Positions 15,136 through 25,980 of a stretch of DNA of 64,000 nucleotides are shown piece after piece. Every line of letters begins with the position of its first letter. Position 1 is the first letter of the stretch. The translations under genes and the position numbers were made by a program. The DNA lies in assembly GCA_051362555.1 (NCBI GenBank), contig CM120640.1:7750001-7814000 (forward strand), in the 5' to 3' direction. The notes beneath the pieces are model-generated. The model did no database searches and was not told where the DNA came from. It worked only from the letters and a program-made list of their open reading frames with translations. Source of the stretch: Lingula anatina (lineage: Eukaryota > Animalia > Brachiopoda).

Positions 15136-15705
15136 ATTTGCATGACAGTTTTTTAAAAGGCCTACTTTGTGCACATCTACCCCAGCTATACATTTAAATG
15201 TTTTTCCAAGATGCACCTGCTGTACAGAAGACACACCAACATCTATTTGTCACTTCTGCAAATTTATCCCAAACAGTTGGATCAAATTTAAAATACATTA
15301 ATGGACAAGTTATTGTTCATGCACCTTTATTTTATGAAGATCCCTTTTCTCAGTGCATGTTAAAAATTTTATATAAAGGGAGGATAACAATGCATCCAAT
15401 AACAATGCATTAAGGTCACAATTATAACAATGACAGGGTGGAAGGTTCATTGTATCTCACCATTTGCTTTATATTCATGTTGACCCCTGCATAGCCCTAA
15501 GCAGTATAATACCGGATACAAGTATACGGCACAACATAAATAGTGTACAATTTACCTTGCCATCATCACAGCCGTATTTGCTGACACCCATTGCAATACC
15601 ACCATGTTTGTCATCTCTTTGTGCAGCATATGTTGGTATTAAAGAACATGTTGTAAAACATGCTGCAGCTGTTATTGTTAGATGGAAGAGTCGCCCATTC
15701 AGCAT
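9390..15705 (-). CDS. Secreted DUF3105-domain protein, TP53I13-like (about 247 aa, 8 coding exons)
   Basis: Exons 15705-15556, 14886-14806, 14608-14570, 11738-11683, 11356-11278, 11006-10878, 10586-10509, 9521-9390 join in frame (744 nt). Signal-peptide-like N-terminus ([27 protein letters not shown]), then [42 protein letters not shown]...HIITPY...[11 protein letters not shown], the DUF3105 signature. Upstream donor sites near 16030 and 16150 suggest non-coding 5' exons. Confidence 0.88.
11954..13610. mobile_element. Non-autonomous Tc1/mariner element with very long inverted arms, in an intron of the DUF3105 gene
   Basis: Termini CAACATTGGTCAAAAAGGTTGTCCCAC / GTGGGACAACCTTTTTGACCAATGTTG, TA on both flanks. 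The arms align for several hundred bp. A decayed DDE transposase is readable on the - strand ([46 protein letters not shown]) and its 3' end again on the + strand. Confidence 0.9.
13611..13673. repeat. (TA)n microsatellite at the Tc1 target site
   Basis: Pure TA run of about 31 units directly abutting the right terminus. Confidence 0.95.
13841..14169. mobile_element. Possible decayed Kolobok-like MITE
   Basis: TTAA-AGGGCAAC at the left end, ACTTGCCCT at the right end. The right TTAA is not intact. Confidence 0.3.
14277..14474. mobile_element. Short GC-richer MITE-like insertion
   Basis: Imperfect terminal inverted repeats CAGGGGTTTCCCCAG / CTCGGGGAAAGACTTG in TA-rich context, followed by a (TA)n run at 14475-14517. 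Confidence 0.45.
14736..14774. repeat. (CA)n microsatellite
   Basis: Pure CA run. Confidence 0.95.
15083..15136. repeat. (TAAA)n microsatellite
   Basis: About 13 tandem TAAA units. Confidence 0.95.
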
Positions 15706-16966
15706 TTTGACGTCTGCTACAGAGTAATGAAAATCACCTTGAAAAAGTGTGATATTGCATAGATTAACATATTACAACTCAGAGTCATAGCCCAGATGGT
15801 AAAATTACCCAGAGGAAAATATATATCAATATTTAATACTGTAATTCTTGATACGTCAAAAAAAGTTCAATCTATTTTACGTCTAAAATTAGTTATCAAC
15901 TTTCATTATCGAGCTGTCAATTTCATACAGTTATTTCTACAATAGTCCTGTCGTATCGGTTGTCATATGGAACTGGCACAGCCACGAGAACGAGTCCATC
16001 ATATTATTGATCAATATTTAATTATACATACCCTGTTAGGCAAGAAGCCAAGCCTCTACAAGACTGGAAGATGAGGGCACCATAGTATACTTCACCCTGA
16101 TGTGACAGTCACGTAGAGATTCAACCTGTCAACAGATGGCGCTGACTTACCACGCAACACAGCACGCTGATTTTCTATGCAAAGTGGTGAAAAATTTTAA
16201 AAAATAAGTGTCAGCGGCGGATATTTTTAAAATGAAAAAAATTGGACTTTGCTTAAGCAGGGTGTTTTCCAAGTGTGTCTGTAAAGATGTTGTCTTTGAG
16301 CCAGGAGAAATTTACATGAGGGAGCACTCAAATGATTTTTTATCATGTTGAGACCGTAGGTCTAGGCCTAGCTAGTTTTGTCTGAACTTTGGCCTGTATG
16401 TTATGCCTATAGATATAGCCAATTATGGGGGCATTTAGGTCCTTGTGGGCCTAGTCCGACAGGTTACCGTCGTAGTCAGTAAGACCAACAGGTCCTACAG
16501 TGCATAATGATACACATTTCACTGTCATCAGGACAATACCATTTTAATTAAAATTTAAAAATCGAAACATAATGATATTCTGTTAGGTGTGTAATCATGT
16601 GGCCAATTCATTCGTTAACATATGAACATGAATGTAATGCAAAACGTTTGTAAAATAGCTTAAATATTGTCACTGATTATATTTTATTCCTGTAAAGTAT
16701 ATAGAACTGTCAACAAGTATGGAAGCAATTCTCACAGGTCGTCGCCTATAGGCTATATAGATTAGTGTAAAGAGGTGTTGTTTGAGTATGATCAAAAGAA
16801 TTGAGCCATTCAGCTGGTGTCTGCTGGGGCCAGGGGCGTCTCGATAATTTGAAGGTTCATTGGTCCGAAAAATCGTTTGAACGCGCTTCTGATGAACTTT
16901 TTTTTTATTGCCAGCTTGAACATAATAGCGAATTTTGTCCATATTGTCAGTAAACGTTACACTTTG

Positions 16967-17134
16967 CAGGCCCGTAGCCAGCAATTTAAAATGGGGGGTT
17001 CGTTTTCTGAAAAAGTGGGCCTTTTACCATAAAACCTTCGTGTACCGAGATCAAATTTTATCCAGAGTGGACCTTTTTCCCAGCAAAAAGGGCGGTTCTT
17101 TCGAACCCCGAACCCCCCACTGGCTACGGGCCTG
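16967..17134. mobile_element. MITE with CAGG termini and 5-bp target duplication (copy 1)
   Basis: Perfect 15-bp TIRs CAGGCCCGTAGCCAG / CTGGCTACGGGCCTG. Flanks CTTTG / TTTTG. A second family member lies at 18651-18817. Confidence 0.8.
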
Positions 17135-17184
17135 TTTTGTTTGTGTATACTTTGTAAAAAAATGCATTTCAGTAAATAAAGACT

Positions 17185-17730
17185 CAATACAATACAATAC
17201 AATAAATTTTATTTCATGTCGGTTACAAATTGAATGGAAACATTAGCTTTACAGCTATTCTCCGACTGTATAAGGACAAAAACATATCTACAATAATGCA
17301 ATATTACACATGAAGTCTAGTAAAAAATAAATAAATAAATGAATAAATAAATAAATAAAAATAAAAATAAAAAAAATCTACAAAGAGTAAACAAAAACAC
17401 GAAATCTATTAAGATAACAATTTAGAAAAAAGAGAAAAAAGTTTTTTTTTTATGGGAAATGTGCAGAATGCTATACCTAAATCAACTGTGAAAAACAGAC
17501 AATTTTACATACAATGCTCAATGATACAGTTATATAAACAATGTAAACATGACGTATTATTACACATTTTCACTAAAAGCATATAGGTTACACAGGCTAC
17601 ATCTGCATTTGGGTCCTTCCCAAAGCCTTAAAAGTGATTTAAACTCATTTGAATTGATGCTTTGCTTTAAGTCATTTGAGAGATCATTCCATATTTTTGA
17701 CCCAAGATATGATAAGGATTTTTGACACAT
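17185..17730 (-). mobile_element. 5'-truncated CR1/L2-type LINE 3' end
   Basis: The - strand reads KSLSYLGSKIWNDLSNDLKQSINSNEFKSLLRLWEGPKCRCSLC-stop, a typical CR1/L2 ORF2 C-terminus. It is followed by a 3' UTR with GTCGG...CCGAC stem, AATAAA and a (TATTG)n tail at 17185-17204. Confidence 0.8.
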
Positions 17731-17879
17731 CTTCTAGCAATCAGTTTCTTTCTTCGCTACCACATCGTAGTAGACTAGAAAGAGAGAGAGACATTAGCTG
17801 CACCAACATAGAAAACCAGTTAAATGCCTGAAAAGGCCACAGATAGTGACAAATAGGGTGACCTAGTAAGACGGGCCTT

Positions 17880-18600
17880 ATGGCGTGCTCAAGCAGTAGA
17901 ATATCGCTCCTTGCAGCAAGGATTACTTTTACAAAGAGTAAGTATTTTATGAAAAGTAGAATTGCACTTGACTGTGTGTGTGTTTATGTGCGTGTGGGAA
18001 CGGGGGGTGTGTGTGTATGTGTAGGTATTTAGAACAGAATCGAAACGCAGTAGAAAAACGGATTAATTTTTGAGTATACTTACAGTAGAGCTACCGTTTA
18101 TGTGCGTGGGCAGTTGATGATACGTAGACTGAATTTTCGCTCCCCAGCATCCCCATTTTATGTATTATACGGGTTTACCCATGCAATTCGAGAATATCCT
18201 TTGGGGGAAAGATTCATTTATTTATTTTTTACACCTCTACTTTATCCACTTGCAGTCTGGGCGTTATTGTTTTTTTGATGATGCAGATAGAAAACTTTCA
18301 TTTTTTACCCACATATCATTATTTATTGTTTTAATACATTGAAATGTTGCAATAAAAAAAAAAAACAAAAAAACATGATTAAAGGAATGTATAAATCTAT
18401 TCATTATGGTGGGAAAATGTTTTTTCTTTTCACTTTAGGAAATGTTATGATGATTAAAGTTATAACAAAATAAAGAAATGAAATGACTCTTTCCTTTCTT
18501 TTTGTTGTACCGGGTACTACATTTGTTTCACCCAAATTATATGAATTGAATTAAACAGCATTAGTTTTCCATAAAAAGTTTCTTTGCTTCATTATTTGTA

Positions 18601-18652
<52 letters not shown>

Positions 18653-21600
18653 GGCCCGTAGCCAACAATTTCAAAAGGGGGGTTCTTTTTCCGAAAAAGT
18701 GGACCTTTTACAATGAATCCTTAGTGCGCATAGATCAAACTTTACCCGATTAGACCTTTTCCTGACAAAAAGGGCAGTTCTTTCAAATTCCCCGAACCCC
18801 CCCTGGCTAGGGGCCTGATATGTGTGTGTGTTTGTGTGTGTGTGTGTTCAAACTTATTCCATATGAAGCTGAAATTTTTATCAAAATTTGATAAGAATTT
18901 TTGAGACTTGGTTCCCATACCTAGATTGATCTAACAGGAACAATCCATCTCCAATGGGTTTCTCGCTAAATTGCTTTAGCTTTAGTGGCTTAGATGTTTG
19001 GCACGCCTACTGAAACTTTTAAACGATAGTTAATTACCCTTAACAGCTTCAGTAGGCATGCCAGACATCTAAGCCTCTTAAGTTGATTGCAATTTATCGA
19101 GAATTCCCTTGAAGATAGATTGATCCATAGTTGGCACGACAGGGTCTGGGAATGGTCCCTTAGATATCTTGCTCACTAAACTGCTAACAGACCAACTAAT
19201 GCCATAGAAAACTAGAAAAGCACTCCGAGAGCGCAGACCTCCGCCAAGGCAGCGTTTTTTTATTATTATGGATTATTGATTGATTATTGATCCGGATCAC
19301 CACCAAAAACTAATCATCTTCTGACAGTTCCTGAAAATTTCATCAAAATCAGTCCATAACTTTTTGAGTTATGTTGATGACAGACAGACAAACAAACAAA
19401 CAGACAAACAGGGGTGAAAGAATAATCTCCTTGGCGGAGGTAATAAAACCTGCCGTGGCAGAGTTAATGGTCATTTTTATTGTCATCATTATTAGAATTG
19501 GAATATGGGCACCATTAAATGTTGGGAATTGTTCATTTTCCAGCTGCATCTAATTATACAATAAAGTTCATGGTGGCCAATTCAGTGAAATTGTTTCACA
19601 TAGCTTTAACAGCTTATATATATATATGTTTTGGGTTATAAAAAAAAAAAAACATAAAACCACTTATTGCACATGGTTAGCTTTATTCAAAATTGTTCAT
19701 AGCAAATCATCTTTGTCAATAGCCGATAGCCGAAAGCCGAAAGCCAGTCAATAAATTGTGGAGTATATATTTTAGAGAGTCATGTACTTCTGTCTATCTC
19801 CAGCAAAGTCAGTGGTGTGTGTGTGTCCTCTCAGTACTGTAGGTGTGGTCTTTTGTCTTCATGTGTCACATGACTGAGTGACCACATTTTACATCCTAGA
19901 CTGAACAGTTCGACAATATTTTGTTGATCCCAGAACATCGGGAGGTTCTCCTCGCAGAGATACATTATATATTTTTATCTCTGTGACACTAATTATTAAA
20001 CTTAAAGTTTAAATGTCACACAAAATTTTAACTAATGAAATATATTCATATACTGTAACTAAACTAGAACTAATAAAGAAATAATCATATAATATCATTA
20101 ATAACTTGTGTACTAATATAATATATATACAATGTTGCATTAGTATTTGAGAGCAATTACATATCCTCAATAGGAATTAATAAACCCTATCTTCTAACAG
20201 ATCTCTCTACCTCAATATTCTTAGCACCCTTGTACTCATGAACTTTTTCTCCCATTCTATAATTTTTATAAGACACTTTCACCCTTCTTACAAGACCATC
20301 AGTGCCAGGGAAAACTTCAGTAACCTTTGCAAGACGATATTCTCCCTTGAGAACATTGCTATCAGGTACTATAACAACATCTCCCACTTTCAAGTCTCGA
20401 TTCCCTTTAAACCACTTCGTTTGATGGACAAGAGTGTGTGCAAAGAGATTCTTCCATTGCTCCCAGAACTGTTTTACACAGCCTTCTACTAAAGTGAGAC
20501 GGGATCTCAAGGAAGGATCATAACCTCCAGGATTTCTGGAAGTAGATCTACCAAGAAGTAGAGAATTGGGAGTAAGGATATTGAGAGTAGAATCAACACT
20601 GGGCATCACTCCTATTGGTCTTTCATTAAGCAAATCTGCAACTTGTGTAAAGACAGTGGGAATTTCTTTCAAAGTCCACCTAATGTAGGCTGCACATCCA
20701 TATGCGTTTTCTGAACCATCAGACAAGATGATTAACATTGGATCACCAACAACATCATGTACTGGTTTCAAACATCTGGGGTACTTCAATTCATCAATCT
20801 GAAACAATGAACAGAAAAATTTCCTCCATTTGACATTTAATACCTCTGGAATAGCTTCGTCCCAATCTAGACGTAGTGCCCATGTTTCTCTCAAGTACAT
20901 CTTTGCAAGTAAGAGAAAAGGTGCAAGGAAGCCAAATGGATCAAATATACCCATCACTTGCTCCAAAACTATGCGTCTGGTCAGCACAGTAGGTATTTCA
21001 CCTGGAACCTGAGATGAAAGAAGGCCAGGTTCAGTACGAATATTTCTACGTTTCGTAGAGAAATTCAAACATGCTTTGAAAACAATAACATCATCTGAGG
21101 GAATCCAAGAAATGCCCAAAACTTTGTGTAATTCTGACTTGGCTTTAGGTACATTCTGACCCCCAAAGATCCACCCTTTTGTCTTAAAACCTCCCTTGGA
21201 AAGAATAAGATCAATGTCTTTGGATAAGAGTTCAGCTTGAGAAAAGCTTTCCACACTTTCCACTATATCATCAACATAAGAAGATTCTTTGATGATAACA
21301 GCTGCTTGTGGATTGATAGAACAAAAGAAGTCAGCAGTCATGTCTTTTGCCTCAATTGCAATTGTACCTGCAGGCTTGTCTCCCATATTTACACGTGTAA
21401 TGCACCAAATGTCTGGGGGTCTATTTTCCATGTCACGCCACAAAAATCGGTGAGTATTTTGTTCTAACTTCCCCAGAAAAACTGAATTATACATCTTTCT
21501 GATGTCACCATTCAAAACAACTGGGTTTTCACGGAATCTAATCAAGAGTCCTAGCAAATTGTTTTTGAATGTATCAGGGCCTTTTGCAAGAAATGAATTC

Positions 21601-24236
21601 AAAGAAACCCCTTGAAAAAGTTGGCTACTGTTGAAAACAATTCTGACTGGAGTTGATGAATTTTGTGGCTGCTCGACAGCTAAGTGTGCCAAATAGAAGA
21701 CAGGACCTTCCCATTCAAGAATTTCTTCCTGGGTCATTTTTCTAGGTACACCTCTAGTTTCCATATCATGTATTTGTTCAGAGTACTTCTCTGCCCATTG
21801 AGGGTCCATTTTTAGTTTTTTTCAGTACTTTTCAAAGTGGCAAAAACAGCATTATAATTGTCAGGCAATAATGCTGGGTCAAATAACCAGGGATATTCAG
21901 TAGACCAGCATTCACGTTCTTTGTCGCAAAGATGCAATTTTGACGTTATCAGTTGTAATTCTTGTTCCTCTTTAAAAGAATATGTATGTCCCACAGATGG
22001 ACATTTTCCACATTTGCAAGCACCACATTTTGGATTCATTTCCGTTCCCATTTCCTCACCTAATATGAAAGTGTCAATATTAGAGAGCTTTTCAAAAAAA
22101 TGTGACTCACTTTTTGTTTTCAAAGACTGTACACTTTTGTGCCCATCAAAGGAGTCTGGAAAGACAAGTTCACCCTTGCTTCTAGAAGGATTAAAATTCA
22201 CAACACCCCCACCCTTAGAAGGGTTTGAGAAGGGATCAACAGAGCTATCTACAGTATGTCCCTGAGAGGGATCGATTTTCACAACATCCCCACCCTTAGA
22301 AGGGTCTGATAGGGGGACAATAGAGGACACAACACCCTGACTCTGAGAGTGATTAATAATCACAGCGCCCCCACCCTTAGAAGGGTCTGAGAAGGGGGGG
22401 TTAAATTCACTGTGAGTGACTTTCATGCAAGAGGAGTTCACATGCATACATGTACTGACAGATTTGCAGAGAGTAACTGAATAACCAATGCTGTTGGATT
22501 TCTCTGTTTGTTCCTCAATTAACTGATGATATCCTTGCAAATACACACCCAAATCCCCCTCCATTACACTGAGGTTAGCCCCATCAGACTCGATTTCTTT
22601 TTTTTGGATGTAAACCAAAATAATCCCCACCTAACAATATGTCAACGGGTCAGTTTGGCCTTTGAAGAGTTTTTGGATCAAAATTTGGAAAAATGTTTGC
22701 AATGGCAGTTTCACTTAACTGAGAAACAGAGCTTGAGAGTGTAGGCAAACAAAAGGTTTCATTTTTCACTTTTCTACCACTGACAGTAATGAGAGTGACT
22801 TCATACAAATGAGTAGAAATTGTGTCTGTAGAGTTTAATGTATTCATTTGAATAGAAAATTTTCCCAATTTCTTTGCATTTAGCTTTTTCACACCATTTT
22901 GAGAAATGAAAGTAGTATCAGCACCATCATCACAAAAAATGACAGTTTTGTTTTTGGATGAAGAAACTGGGACATCATATATGGCATAGAGTGTCTTACC
23001 ATTACTTTTGGCTACATTGCTCTCAGCATGTTTGCTCTCCACAGAAGGGTCACCTGTGTTATAGCCTTTATCTACAGTGGGTGCTTGCCAACACATCAGG
23101 GTATGGTGGGAACGTCTGTTACAGTAAGAGCATGGACTATTTTCTTTGCAGCTGGCTCTTCTGTGGGAAGCAAAACACCTGAAGCATCTACCTGCTTGTC
23201 TGAGTTTTTCTTTTCTTTCAGGCACTGAAAGAGATAAAAACAGCTTACACTGACTAGTGGTATGAGAATTGCCATTGTGTAAAAAACAACTATCATTCTG
23301 ACTTGCTCTAACATTGTGACTGTGACTTTGTTTTTGTGTTTTGACAGGTTTTAATAACGCTTGATCATTAGCCATTTGTTTGAGAACCCCTAACTTTGAT
23401 TGTAAGAAATCCTGAAGTGGACCTAATGGATGTAATTGTGCTGAGACTGGCAACTTATTGATAAATTCTGCCCAATCTTTTCTGAGTAAGGGTGAAAAAA
23501 ATGAAACAATGCGTGCCACGTCTTTACAAGAAACCATGTGTACTTGATCTAACATTTCTAGCTGTTGAAATATGGAATCAATTTTTCTGATCAATTGTAC
23601 TTGCTCTTGATAATTATCTTCAGATGACACTGGTTTTAACTGGTTTATCTCTTCTAAAGCATTGGACACTGCCAATGGTACATTATCATAGTGTAGGCAT
23701 AAAGCCTCCCATCTTATCATAAGCATTTTCCGAACCTGCTGAGATGTTGGAAATTTCTACATAAGCTAGACCACTTTTACAAGAGTTTTTTAAATCCACA
23801 GCCAAGGCTGTTTTATTTTGTACGGCTGGAATAACCATATTTTGCCAAATGTTTTTGAATTCTGGCCAGTCACTTCTGTGTCCTGAGAATTTAGGGATTT
23901 CCCTTTTTTTCAGTTGAATGGGTGAGTCTGAATTTTGAGTTACATTTCGTTTGCTATGTTGCTTATAAACTTGGATTGTATTGAGGTACGTTTTTTTCAC
24001 CTGTTCATCGTATTCATGAAGATCCATCTCAGCAACAACTGTGAATTCAGTATCTGCATCTGTTTCTTCACATAACACCCTGTATTCGTTTGTTACTTCC
24101 AAATAATCCAGATATCTTTTCTCTAGTCTTTCCACTGCATCCTTTACCCCAACATCAATGGCTTGTTCCAAGGCCTTTGCTCCTATCTAAAGATATATAT
24201 ATATATATTGAAAGTAAAAGCGTTTTTCCTGTACGA

Positions 24237-24299
<63 letters not shown>

Positions 24300-25906
24300 A
24301 CAAAAAGAAATAAAAAACAGCACTTATTTTACCTCTAAAGTTTAAATCCCAGACAATGCATATTCTTTATTACAGCTGCTGGCCAGTCTTTTGCCAGGAA
24401 CCAACAATGTTATTTCTGCAGTGGAGCACCAGACCATGGGAAAACAACACCATTAAGAGTATGTCTATGTATTATGATAACACTTTTAACAAAGACATAA
24501 TCCACCTCAAAGTTACAATTTATGTTGTGATATTTTTGTGTCAGAAAAAAATGTCAAGAGCATTTACAGTTTTAATATGTTTTTCCATGATGTGTCTTGA
24601 ATGGTAATGCCTCTAATTGTGATATTAATTAGGAAATGAGAAATCTACTGGTATCATATTATTTGTAACTTTGTACGTGTATTTATTTTTTCTCTTTCTC
24701 TTTTTTCTCTTTCTCTTTTTTTCCGGACATGAGGTTATAAGGGCTCTCCACAGAAACAGTTGATTCTCTTCTTTTCTTTTTTCCTTTTTTGTCTTCTGTC
24801 ATTTATTTATTCATTGATTTTTATATTTGAAGTATAATGGAAATTATATATTGATTATAATTACCTGTAAACATTCTTATTTTCACTTAAATAATTTGCA
24901 ATTTTCTTTGATTATGCCATCATGTCTATCTATTCATCCTACCCTTTATGGTTTTCTAAGATTATTATTATTTTAATTATGATTAATAACAACCACAGTA
25001 ATAATAATAATAATAGTAATTAAATGTTGTAAGGGTGCTTTCCCAGAGATTTAGATCGATCTAAAGATTAAGTTTTAGATCGACCTAACTCCCTGGGGGT
25101 TCACACTAAATTGCAGTCAGCCGAGCGGGCACCATAGTTAATTACCCCCTTACAGCTTTTAGTAGGCGGGACAGATGCTTAAGCCGGCCAAGCTGACAGT
25201 AATCTAGTGAGACTCCCCACAGGGATAGATCGATCTAAAAATCTATGGAAATGGGGTATAAGATGCCCACAATGGCCTGTGGCAGGCAAATGTGTGAATA
25301 TCTACCTGTTTTCATTGATACCCCAAAATTACCTTCAAAATGGGAATGATATTTGAAAAGCATCCAAATTTTAATTTTAATTAACATTATTAACATTAAA
25401 TATTTAGAAATAATGCAATTGAAGAGACCCACTTGAACAGTCTTTAGTTGGTTTGTTTTTTCTCAGAGTGTCACCATTCTAAGTTGATAGATGAGTAGAT
25501 ATCTTAGGTATCAATATAATTAGTTTCTTGATTGAAATTGATAAAACAGAAGCTTGTTTCAGAAAACCACAAAATTAAAGACAATGCTGCAGTCATCAGA
25601 GTTGGAATTCTTAATGGAAGCACATAATGGCCTCACTGCTAAAGTGGTACAGGAAACAGGTAACAGCTCTAATATAGTGTGTTGAAGTTATTGAGAAGTA
25701 ATTTATAGATAAAATATTTGTAGACTGTCGCTGTTAAAATGACTATTGCTTATTTGTTGTTATATTCTTGACTAAATTTGTTTTAGAATGGAGGAATAAG
25801 AACAATTTATAATTTTAGATTCTAAGTTTTAATCTACACATAATGACATTGTATATAATGCTGAGACAATGTGTAGTGCAGTTTTAAAGAACTCTTCCTT
25901 TTTATT

Positions 25907-25980
<74 letters not shown>

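Noticed and set aside
20238-23314. Antisense (+) and off-frame ORFs overlapping the BEL element
   Set aside because: Shadow ORFs of the retrotransposon coding frame with no independent motifs.
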